DNA from: Acetohalobium arabaticum DSM 5501
GTDB lineage: Bacteria > Bacillota > Halanaerobiia > Halobacteroidales > Acetohalobiaceae
DNA: 32,000 bases
Direction of reading: 5' to 3'
Assembly (NCBI RefSeq): GCF_000144695.1
Contig: NC_014378.1
Span: forward strand, 1,335,833-1,367,832
A program made the translations under genes and the position numbers. This document shows positions 1 to 8,435 of the stretch, one piece after another. The first letter of the stretch is position 1, and each line of letters starts with the position of its first letter. Below the pieces are notes generated by a model. That model was not told where the DNA came from, searched no databases, and saw only the letters and a program-made list of their open reading frames with translations.

Positions 1-495
1 GCAGCTATTGATGAATTCTGCAGCAATAAAATTAGAGAACTGAAAGAGATAAAAAAACAACTAATAGAAAATATGCCCCAGCGCCAGGAAGAAGATGGAG
101 GATATATTACTATCAAGGGCAGAAAGAATATATTAAATAAGATAAAGAATATGATTAAACAAGCCGAAAAGCGGATCTATATTTCCTCTTCTGATGATAT
201 ATTAAAGACAGTACTACCCTATCTAGAGGATGCCCTTGCAAGAGAGCTTAAAGTTGTAATCATAACCCAACTACCGCTTGAGCTTAATGATGCAGTAATC
301 TATCAGACTGAAAGGAAAGAAGACCAGATAAGATTAATTGTTGACTCAGTCGAAGTACTGACAGGAGAAATCATAAATGAAAATAACTCTACCTGTCTTT
401 ACTCTAAAAAAGAGAATCTAGTAAATCTATTCAAAGAATCATTAAGGAATGAAATAAAGCTAATTAAATTAACTGAAGGAGATGATTTAGAATGA
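1..495 (+). CDS. TrmB-like transcriptional regulator, C-terminal part (5' end cut by window edge)
   Basis: Frame 1 is open from base 1 (AAIDEFCSNKIRELKEIKKQLIEN precedes the M at 73) to TGA at 493-495. The stop overlaps the next start (ATGA). Family assignment rests on remembered resemblance of ITIKGRKNILNKIKNMIKQAEKRIYISS to TrmB C-terminal domains. Confidence 0.45.
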   Translation, partial: AAIDEFCSNKIRELKEIKKQLIENMPQRQEEDGGYITIKGRKNILNKIKNMIKQAEKRIYISSSDDILKTVLPYLEDALARELKVVIITQLPLELNDAVIYQTERKEDQIRLIVDSVEVLTGEIINENNSTCLYSKKENLVNLFKESLRNEIKLIKLTEGDDLE

Positions 496-1730
496 AGAAG
501 CCATTTGTAAGTCTAGAAGAATTAAAAGAGATAACTGAAGAATATCCTACTCCTTTCCATCTATACGATGAACAAGGGATCAGAGAAAATGCACGCAAAC
601 TGAACGAAGCCTTTGCCTGGAATGATGGATTTAAGGAATACTTTGCTGTCAAGGCTACACCCAATCCAACAATCTTGAAGATATTACAGGAAGAAGGCTG
701 CGGTGTTGACTGTTCTTCACTTACTGAACTTATGATGTCAGATAAGGTTGGTTTTAGCGGCGATGATATCATGTTTTCTTCAAATGTTACTCCAAAAGAG
801 GATTATGAACTGGCTAGTAAGCTCGATGCTATTATCAATCTCGATGATATAACACATATTGACTTTTTAGAAGAAGTAGCAGGCATTCCAGAAAGAATTA
901 GCTGCCGCTATAATCCAGGTAATAACTTCAAAAGTGATAATGATATTATGGATAATCCTGCCGAAGCAAAGTACGGGTTTACCTATCCACAGTTAGTAGA
1001 AGGATTTAAAAAGCTGCAGGATAAAGGTGCCAAAGAGTTTGGGCTCCATGCCTTCTTGGCCAGTAATACAACAGCCGATGAATACTATCCTGCCCTAGCG
1101 AGAATATTATTTGAAACTGCTGTTAAATTAAATAAAGAGACAGGTGCCGAGATTGGATTTATCAATCTCTCAGGTGGAATTGGTATTCCTTATCGACCAG
1201 AGGAAGAGCCTGCTGATATAATGGCTATCGGCGAAGGAGTACGCGAGGCATATGAAGAGATACTCGTCCCGGCTGGCCTGGATGATGTAGCTATCTTTAC
1301 TGAATTAGGTAGATTTATGTTGGGTCCTTACGGCTGCCTGGTTACTACTGCTATCCATAAAAAGCATATCTATAAAGATTATGTCGGGTTGGATGCCTGT
1401 GCTGCTGATCTGATGCGCCCTGCTATGTACGGTGCCTATCACCATATTTCAGTAATGGGTAAAGAAGATCAACCACATGATCATAAGTATGATGTTACTG
1501 GTGGTTTATGTGAGAATAACGATAAATTTGCAATAGATCGAATGCTGCCCAAGGTAGATAAAGGTGATCTACTTGTCATTCATGATACTGGTGCTCACGG
1601 CTATGCCATGGGCTATAATTATAACGGTAAACTCCGTTCTGCCGAAGTTCTCTTACAAGAAGATGGATCAACTAAACTTATCCGCCGGGCAGAAACACCT
1701 GACGATTATTTTGCAACATTAGATATATAA
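492..1730 (+). CDS. lysA: PLP-dependent Orn/DAP/Arg-type decarboxylase, most likely diaminopimelate decarboxylase
   Basis: 412 aa with ATG start and a GAAGGAG Shine-Dalgarno upstream. Motifs present: YFAVKATPN (PLP-lysine), SGGIGIPY glycine loop, GGLCENNDKF (CExxD substrate motif). Followed by a strong terminator. Confidence 0.75.
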   Translation: MKKPFVSLEELKEITEEYPTPFHLYDEQGIRENARKLNEAFAWNDGFKEYFAVKATPNPTILKILQEEGCGVDCSSLTELMMSDKVGFSGDDIMFSSNVTPKEDYELASKLDAIINLDDITHIDFLEEVAGIPERISCRYNPGNNFKSDNDIMDNPAEAKYGFTYPQLVEGFKKLQDKGAKEFGLHAFLASNTTADEYYPALARILFETAVKLNKETGAEIGFINLSGGIGIPYRPEEEPADIMAIGEGVREAYEEILVPAGLDDVAIFTELGRFMLGPYGCLVTTAIHKKHIYKDYVGLDACAADLMRPAMYGAYHHISVMGKEDQPHDHKYDVTGGLCENNDKFAIDRMLPKVDKGDLLVIHDTGAHGYAMGYNYNGKLRSAEVLLQEDGSTKLIRRAETPDDYFATLDI

Positions 1731-1740
1731 ATATTAATGA

Positions 1741-1767
1741 GAGGGCTTTTAAAAGCCCTCTTTTTTC
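1741..1767 (+). terminator. Rho-independent terminator after the decarboxylase gene
   Basis: GAGGGCTTTTAAAAGCCCTC perfect hairpin followed by TTTTTT. Confidence 0.85.
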
Positions 1768-1796
1768 AATCTCATATTTTAAGCTTTATTCTTTGT

Positions 1797-3968
1797 CTAC
1801 AGATCATAAATATCGGCAAATTCTACATCTATACGGTCAATAATCTCTTGAGAATTATATCTATCATTGGTCTGAAAACTGCTTCCTTCAGCCAATTTCC
1901 TATCTGACAGTTCTATAATAAATTCACTTCCTACACCTTCCTCACTCTCTACACTTATCTGGCCATTATGGAGTTCAACAATTGATTTTACAATAGATAA
2001 TCCGATTCCAGTTCCTTCATTACTTCTAGTAAACGATTTATCGGCTTGACCAAATCGTTTAAAGATTAGCTCCTGCTTTTCTTGAGAAATACCAATGCCC
2101 GTATCTTTAACGGAAATTAACACTTTGCCTTCTTCAGTATAAATATTAACTGATACTTTATCACCAATATCTGTAAACTTCACAGCATTAGAAAGTAAAT
2201 TTAAGATAACTCGTTCAATATTAAAAGGATCACAGGCTATTATCTTTTCCTCAATTTCAGAATCAAATTCAAATTCCAATTCCTTATATTCAATATGCTC
2301 TGCCACCGAACAAGCAACTTTTCTAACCAGACTTACTATATTACAATTCTCTAATTCAAGTTCAAAAGAACCAGAATCCATCTTAGTAATATCAATTAAA
2401 TTATTGGCTAATCTGAGGAGCCGACGACCATTCTGTTTAATGATTGTTGTATATTTTCCCATCTTACTGCTCTGTTCCGGCTCTAATTTCTTTTGATACA
2501 TCTCTAACATCTGTTGAGCAGAAAAAATCAAATTTAACGGCGTTCTGAATTCATGTGAGATATTAGCAAAAAACTCCATTTTTAGTTTATTGTAGGCTAC
2601 TTTTTCTTTTAATGATTCCACTTCTGTAATATCTATTCCCGTACTTAAAATTTTATTCATCTGACTCTGTTCATCCTTCAGTACAGCATTATGCCATAAA
2701 ATTTTTCTTTCCTCTCCAGATTTAGTGATAATCCTATTCTTATCATTAATTATTTCTCCCTCTAGTAAGGAATTAATTATTTGCTTAGTCTCCGCAGAAT
2801 CTTCTTCTTTTACAAAGTTTTCGGTCCAATCATGTCCTAATACTTCTTCTTCCTTCACTCCTAAAATTTCACAGCCTTTTCTATTGAGTAATTCCACCTT
2901 ACCAGTTCGATCTAAATTAACAACAATTACTTCTGTGATATCAAAATACTTTTGAAGCTTATCTCTTTCTTCTTTAACTTTCTCTTCAGCTTCTTTGCGG
3001 GCAGTAATATCTTCAACAAAACCCAGCAACCGATTTTCAGATGCTTTTACCGCATTGATATTAGCATGAAATTTACTGCCATCCTTTTTAAGAAGCATAA
3101 TTTCAAGACTTAATTCACCAACTTCTAACAGCTGAACTAAATGTCTTTTAGCTTTCTGCCTATCTACAGTCACATCTTCAATAGACATATTCAAAAGTTC
3201 TTCTTTAGAATAACCGCTAAGTTCACAAGCAGCTTCATTTACTTCAATATATTCCCCTCGACTATTAATTACAAATACTCCATAGGGGGCATTATCAATA
3301 TAACTTCTAAACTTTGCTTCACTCTCCTTAAGTGTCTGTTCCGTTTTCTTTCTCTCAGTTATATCACGGTCAAATGATACGAAAATTGGTTCTTCTAAAT
3401 CATCAATATAAGTAGTACTCACCTCAACATCTATAACTTCACCATTCTTACAGCTACATTTGGTTTCAAAACGATCCTGTTCATCTGTCATGATTCTTTC
3501 CATATGATCCTTCACTTCTTCTTTATTTTTAGTAATATCGATATCATCTATAGTCATCTCCAATAATTCTTCCCGTGAATAACCTATCATCTCTTGATAA
3601 CTTTTATTAGCCTCAATAATTTCTCCTTCAGTATTTAAAATTAAAAAACCGTCCATAGTTGTATATAATATTTTATTAAGTTTATCCTTTTCCATAGTTA
3701 ATTCTAAACTTTGTTCTTTCAATCTTTCCCTAAGATAGGATTGATACTTAAATAAAGCTCCAAAGACTAACCCCTGACTTAACAGAAAAGCTGCCACAAT
3801 CCCGCCCTTTAAATGGCCAAAATAAGCTCCTAATCCTACTAAAATCATACAACTAATCCCCTGTAGACTCAGTGACAGATAAGGAGCAATAAAAAATATA
3901 CTTAGACCAAAGATAATTACAAGGTACTTTAATTTACTGATATCTGATTCTACATTCAACTTCTTCAT
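1797..3968 (-). CDS. Membrane-anchored multi-PAS sensor histidine kinase (orphan, no response regulator nearby)
   Basis: 723 aa. N-terminal hydrophobic helices, several PAS-like repeats (GYSREELL, GYSKEELL), H-box FFANISHEFRTPLN, and HATPase N/G boxes (LLSNAVKFT, DTGIGI, GTGIGLSIV). Stop codon is TAG (plus cta 1797-1799). Confidence 0.9.
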   Translation of the reverse strand: MKKLNVESDISKLKYLVIIFGLSIFFIAPYLSLSLQGISCMILVGLGAYFGHLKGGIVAAFLLSQGLVFGALFKYQSYLRERLKEQSLELTMEKDKLNKILYTTMDGFLILNTEGEIIEANKSYQEMIGYSREELLEMTIDDIDITKNKEEVKDHMERIMTDEQDRFETKCSCKNGEVIDVEVSTTYIDDLEEPIFVSFDRDITERKKTEQTLKESEAKFRSYIDNAPYGVFVINSRGEYIEVNEAACELSGYSKEELLNMSIEDVTVDRQKAKRHLVQLLEVGELSLEIMLLKKDGSKFHANINAVKASENRLLGFVEDITARKEAEEKVKEERDKLQKYFDITEVIVVNLDRTGKVELLNRKGCEILGVKEEEVLGHDWTENFVKEEDSAETKQIINSLLEGEIINDKNRIITKSGEERKILWHNAVLKDEQSQMNKILSTGIDITEVESLKEKVAYNKLKMEFFANISHEFRTPLNLIFSAQQMLEMYQKKLEPEQSSKMGKYTTIIKQNGRRLLRLANNLIDITKMDSGSFELELENCNIVSLVRKVACSVAEHIEYKELEFEFDSEIEEKIIACDPFNIERVILNLLSNAVKFTDIGDKVSVNIYTEEGKVLISVKDTGIGISQEKQELIFKRFGQADKSFTRSNEGTGIGLSIVKSIVELHNGQISVESEEGVGSEFIIELSDRKLAEGSSFQTNDRYNSQEIIDRIDVEFADIYDL

Positions 3969-4130
3969 TTATCTGATTATCATTCCCTCATCTAATTTAT
4001 TTTTCATTTAATAACCTTAATATTAAATTTTCTTCTAAATATAACAAATTTCCCGTATTAAAGGTTAAATTAATAATAACAGAAGCATTTAATATCCTAA
4101 ATCTTCTTCAACTATGATAACTTTAATTCT

Positions 4131-4327
4131 GTAGGTACATGGTTTTCGGAGCTCAATACCATTCACCACTAGCAAACTAATCCAATCGATTCTACCTTGC
4201 TAACTTTCTGTCTACGCTTAAAAGATTACGTTACTTAACCTCTCCAAGACTCGATACAGAGCTGGTGGCTAACCTTTACCCTGATGGGATTTACACCCAC
4301 TAGAACATACGTCCTGCCAGGACGCAC
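4131..4327 (-). mobile_element. Mini group II intron relic (element C): 5' GUGCG end plus domain-I-like start, ends in ...GUACCUAC
   Basis: Minus strand reads GUGCGUCCUGGCAGGACGUAUGUUCUAGUGGGUGUAAAUCCCAUCAGGG from 4327. This is the same architecture as the 5' ends of elements A and B (GGUG-NAA-GUCC hairpin about 30 nt in). No domain V or ORF. Its 3' end resembles the ...CCCUAC ends of A and B. Confidence 0.45.
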
Positions 4328-4347
4328 CGCTAAGCCTCTGTTAGGCG
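4328..4347 (-). other. Small bulged hairpin immediately 5' of element C (related copy at 8405-8422)
   Basis: Plus cgctaa-gcctctg-ttaGgcg. The copy at 8405-8422 is gctaac-cctat-gttaTgc. Both have a 6-bp stem with a one-base bulge on the same side. Confidence 0.4.
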
Positions 4348-4389
4348 ATCGTAGGGACCTATTCAAAAGCCAAAATTAATTCAAAACAA

Positions 4390-5403
4390 TTAAGACTTTG
4401 CTTTATCTATAAACCATTTTTTAAATTTTCCATATTCATCAGAATTATAAATTTTACAAGCATCAAAAGTATAAAAATATCCATATCTTGAAAAATAAAT
4501 ACCTGCTTTATTAATAGAAAATTTATTTTGAAAATCAATTAAAGTTAAATATCCAACTAATTGTCGCCACTGTTTAGCAGTCAAGTTTAAATTTTTAGTT
4601 GTCTTTACATCAATTAAAGTATCATTAATTATCAAATCAGCATCTGCTCCATTTACTAATTTCGATCCCTTACCAAATGTAGGGTTCAGGTATACTTTAT
4701 TTGCTAGATTATTTTGTTCTGGAATCGCATGATATAAATTTTTTAAATCCTCAATATATTCTTTTTTGTATTCACCTAAAGTTTCATTGAACTTTCTTCC
4801 TCGGAGATAATCATCTATTTTAGCTAAATCAATAATAGCTTTAATTACTTCTTCATTCATTTTCCCATCTTTTACATATTTATTGTATACTTTTTCTGCA
4901 TTAAAAATTGCATTAAATGTTCTTCTAAATTGCTTTTCAATTTTAGATGAACAGGTTAATTCTCCACCCTCCATAATGTATTTAACTATTTTATCAAAAT
5001 CAATCTTATCATATTCTATATTATCATATATAATAAATCCACCATGATTTTCTACTCCTGGTACTTCTTCGAATCCTTCCATATCTGGTATTACTATACC
5101 CATTTCTTTCAAAAAATTTTGCGGGAATAAAATATCTATATTCGAAATTTTATTAGATAGAAGGTACAATGAAGTATGAGCAATCCAATGAGAATCCTTT
5201 GCATTATCTTTATATTCATGCTTTAAATAAAACCTAAACAAATAATCAAAAGCAGTTCCGATTAACATATAATCTTTACCACTATATGCTTTTGGCGGTT
5301 TTACTTTCATTTCTATATTACTTTGCGAAAAAGAAGGTTTATTAAAAGTTTTATCAATATTTTTTCTTATGTCAGCTTTTTTTATAAAACTAGTTAAAGA
5401 CAT
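4390..5403 (-). CDS. PD-(D/E)XK (RecB/Cas4-like fold) nuclease-family hypothetical protein, 337 aa (ORF-Y)
   Basis: I place the start at ATG 5401-5403, preceded by AAGGGGGTGA 8 nt upstream. The 41 extra codons in the ORF track translate intron domain V RNA. Motifs: GADADLIINDTLIDVKTTK (D...D-x-K) and QWRQLVGY (QxxxY). No Cys cluster. TAA stop. Confidence 0.6.
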   Translation of the reverse strand: MSLTSFIKKADIRKNIDKTFNKPSFSQSNIEMKVKPPKAYSGKDYMLIGTAFDYLFRFYLKHEYKDNAKDSHWIAHTSLYLLSNKISNIDILFPQNFLKEMGIVIPDMEGFEEVPGVENHGGFIIYDNIEYDKIDFDKIVKYIMEGGELTCSSKIEKQFRRTFNAIFNAEKVYNKYVKDGKMNEEVIKAIIDLAKIDDYLRGRKFNETLGEYKKEYIEDLKNLYHAIPEQNNLANKVYLNPTFGKGSKLVNGADADLIINDTLIDVKTTKNLNLTAKQWRQLVGYLTLIDFQNKFSINKAGIYFSRYGYFYTFDACKIYNSDEYGKFKKWFIDKAKS

Positions 5404-5503
5404 TATTTTCTCACCCCCTTCGTGTCCTTTAAAATATTTATTTAGGTCCCTATGTGTAGAGCAGAAAACAAGTTTGATATTATCTCCCCAGCCTCCCCTC
5501 GCC

Positions 5504-6289
5504 AATTCCGTAAGTAGAGTTTTCATCTATACGGCTTTCCATTGCACTTCTTCCTGTAGCCTTCAGTTAATATAGACATTAACTTTTACTCTCTCAGGTA
5601 TAGTTTCCTCCGAAGTTGTTAAGCTTTTACAATGGTGTAGTTAGCCTGTTTGGCATTCACTCACTCTTACCTCCCTTAGAAACTTGTACAAAGTAGAGTT
5701 CCTTTCCTCCAATATGGTTCTGTTGTCCATATCATCATCAGTACTATGAACTCATCCGATTCCCTTTCTGCAGTTTGTACTTTCACCATCACAGTTTATG
5801 TACTCACTCTTTACAGAATTCTCTGTGCAGACTAGGGTCTCACCAGTTCCTGATCATTACTTTCACTACATGTCGCTTCCTATACACCGAGAGGTTCTTC
5901 AATGCTGCTTACTCAGTTCTTCACACCTTCTATAGCCTTCTTCCTTACACGTAAGAATCAGCTCCTCTTTGGTCCCTCTTCGTCGAGGGGGAACTGACGA
6001 TGCAGCAGAATTCGCTTTATGCTACAACATAGCCAGCATACAGACCAATACTGGCTATGGGAGTAACTTATTGAGCAGAAAGATAGTATTATTGCTCTAA
6101 GTTACAAGGCTAGGAGCAAGGATTTATAATCCTGCGGATCTGTAGTTTTAATCGCCACACTTTGGTGACTTTGTCACAGTTACAAAATAGGAATTTCTCC
6201 CTACCAAGTCTGTCAACTACCGAGCTACTGAGTTATTACTCGGATTGGACTTTCACCAACTAGCAATGATAGGATTACCTGGTCGCGCC
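5504..6289 (-). mobile_element. Group II intron derivative B: domains I-V with the RT ORF deleted
   Basis: Collinear similarity to intron A, for example GGAACUGGUGAGACCCUA and GGAUGAGUUCAUAGUA versus GGAACUGGAGAAACCCUA and GGAUGGGUUCAUAGUA. It retains the RT ribosome-binding region (GGGAGGUAAGAGUGAGUGAAUG), then only 9 codons. Domain-V-like AAGCCGUAUAGAUGAAAACUCUACUUACGGAAUU lies at 5504-5537, with mismatches at the base of the helix. The 5' end is near 6288/6289 (GGCGCGACC). The 3' limit is uncertain (see findings). Confidence 0.6.
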
Positions 6290-6293
6290 GTTT

Positions 6294-8318
6294 GTAGGGT
6301 CGAAGTCTGGTGCCTTAACTTAGGTTGATGTTTGTGTTCTCCGTTTGCTCACCCTTTCGTCTGTGAGTGCCACAATATCTCATCCTTATCACATTTCCAA
6401 ACCCCGCCTCATCAAACCGTACGTACGGTTCTCCCGTATACGGCTTTCCTATTTAACTTCTTCTTAAATCTTATAAGTTTAAGCTGGTTTAACTTTCGTT
6501 ATAACGAGCTAATTTATAATTATCAAATAAACCTATCTCATTATATAACCAATCGCTACTCCATCTCTTCCAGCCATATCCCTTTTTACCTCGTTGCTTC
6601 ATGAGATACCTTCTTACTTTATTTTCTACATAATCCTTTACATAAGAAAAGCAGTTCTCTGAATTACCTATTGAAAAGTAATTTACCCAACCTCTTAATA
6701 TAGTGTTTAATTCTGTTATCATTAGCTCAAAGATTCCTGTTGTTCTATGCCTTTTGATTACTTCCTTTATTTTCTGCAACAATGCTGTTCTTTTCTTCAT
6801 TTGAGGTACCGTTAGAACACCCCATTTTCCACTGAAAGTCTTTCGCCTTTTCAAAGTAAATCCTAGAAAACTTATTCTTTCTCCTTTTTCTAGATTTACT
6901 ACTTTAGTCTTTTCCTTGTTTACTTTTACCTTTATTTTATCTAGTTCTTCTTTCAGTCTTTGTATCACTTTTGAAAGTAACCAATTCATACTTGGATGGC
7001 TTGATACTGCTATTACGATATCATCTGCAAAACGAGCATATTCTAGTTCTGTATACTTACCTTTACTTTTTGTTACCTCTTTTGCTCTCTCAAGCATTCT
7101 ATCTACTTCATTTAAATATAAATTAGCAAATAGTGGTGAAATTACTCCACCTTGTGGTACACCTTCTTTTCCACTAGCCTTAAGCATCAGTTTAATCAAA
7201 TGCATTACTTCTTTATCGATTACTCTTTTAGCAATCTTAGCTAACAATATATGATGCTTTACTGTATCGAAGTAGCTCGATAAGTCAAGATCTATCACTT
7301 TTCTTTTTCCACTTACTATTGCTTTTTCTATTTTCTTTACTGCTTGATGAGCTGTTCGTTTTGGTCGATATCCATAAGAACTTTCTTGAAAATCTGCTTC
7401 AAATATTGGCTCTAATATTAACTTTAATGCTCCCTGTACTATTCTATCTTTGATGGTTGGTATACCTAATACCCTTACTTTTCCATTTCCTTTAGGTATC
7501 TCTTGTTTTCGGTTTTCCTGCGGCTTGTATGTCTCATTTACCAGTTCTTCTCTTATCTTTTTAAGATATTTCAATACTCCTATCCCTTCAATATCTTCAA
7601 AAGTTATTCCATCTACACCTGAAGAACCATTCTTCTTTCTTGCAATTCTATAAGCTTTTAGCAACGTATCTAGCTTACATACATGAACATACAATCCCCA
7701 GAATTTATGAGATTCTTCCTTCTTAGATTTAAGATATATTCTCTTCCTCAAGTCTTGTAAACTTATGGGCGCTTTTATCATTTCACCCTTACCTCCTGTC
7801 TTGTCCGAGAAATTATCAATAGTAGGGTCCCTTTGCTATATGAAGTTATATTTACTTCGTAATCTTGGCTACTATGAACCCATCCGCCACCCTCTCCTTT
7901 TTCAATTCATTTCCTGGTTCTCAGTTATAGAATCTACATTTCTCAAGTAATTTTTCACAGGAAGGAATAGGGTTTCTCCAGTTCCAGACATATCCTTATA
8001 TACATACCACCGCTAATACTCCGTTGGTGTACATAAATGTATCAGTCAATTTTCATTCATGCATTCTGTCTTCACTCAGACGTTAAAAGTTCGACCACCA
8101 AATTTACCCCTTTCGAAGCTACTATGCGTTCACTGGTGTTATGGTCTGCATACTTGCTCGATACCCTATAGGTACCTTTGTTAATGGACTTCAATGTCCA
8201 AAGTTTCCTATCAACATTGCCATTCAGCTATAGAGTTTTGACTTTTACTCTAATAGGACTTACACCCATTGGATATGTCCAGCTTCGCTGGACATACAAC
8301 GTCCCTAGGGTTCGCGAC
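6294..8318 (-). mobile_element. Full-length group II intron A with intron-encoded RT/maturase
   Basis: - RT ORF lies in domain IV.
- Canonical domain V AAGCCGUAUACGGGAGAACCGUACGUACGGUUU sits at 6414-6446, directly after the ORF.
- A domain VI-like helix forms between GGGGUUUGG and CCAGACUUC, with a bulged A 7 nt before ...CCCUAC ending at 6294.
- The 5' end is near 8318 (GUCGCGAACC, a non-consensus GUGYG), so boundaries are good to only a few nt. Confidence 0.8.
6489..7781 (-). CDS. Group II intron reverse transcriptase/maturase (no endonuclease domain)
   Basis: 430 aa. RT blocks: GVDGITFEDI, VRVLGIPTIKDRIVQ, SYGYRPKRTAHQA, IDLDLSSYFDTV, GVPQGGVISPLFANLYL, and RFADDIVI (FADD rather than YADD). 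Maturase X motif RGWVNYF. The protein ends soon after, so there is no HNH domain. SD GGAGGTAAGGGTGAA precedes the ATG. Confidence 0.92.
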   Translation of the reverse strand: MIKAPISLQDLRKRIYLKSKKEESHKFWGLYVHVCKLDTLLKAYRIARKKNGSSGVDGITFEDIEGIGVLKYLKKIREELVNETYKPQENRKQEIPKGNGKVRVLGIPTIKDRIVQGALKLILEPIFEADFQESSYGYRPKRTAHQAVKKIEKAIVSGKRKVIDLDLSSYFDTVKHHILLAKIAKRVIDKEVMHLIKLMLKASGKEGVPQGGVISPLFANLYLNEVDRMLERAKEVTKSKGKYTELEYARFADDIVIAVSSHPSMNWLLSKVIQRLKEELDKIKVKVNKEKTKVVNLEKGERISFLGFTLKRRKTFSGKWGVLTVPQMKKRTALLQKIKEVIKRHRTTGIFELMITELNTILRGWVNYFSIGNSENCFSYVKDYVENKVRRYLMKQRGKKGYGWKRWSSDWLYNEIGLFDNYKLARYNES

Positions 8319-8435
8319 ATCTAGCTCAACCCTCCTATAACTTGTCCATTTTCTAAAACTTTCATATGTAATCCCTAACTTTGCTTATTCTCCTAGCCTA
8401 GATGTTGCTAACCCTATGTTATGCGATGGACTAAT

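Noticed and set aside
5404-5526. The N-terminal 41 codons of track ORF 4390..5526 (MKTLLTELARGGWGDN...).
   Set aside because: The ATG lies in the loop of the intron domain-V-like hairpin, and the codons translate ribozyme-homologous RNA. A much better start (ATG 5403 with AAGGGGGTGA) lies downstream.
5369-6604. Plus-strand ORFs 5369..5575 and 6332..6604, and 7765..7950.
   Set aside because: They overlap group II intron RNA domains (domain V/VI and domain III/IV regions) on the opposite strand and have no coding signatures.
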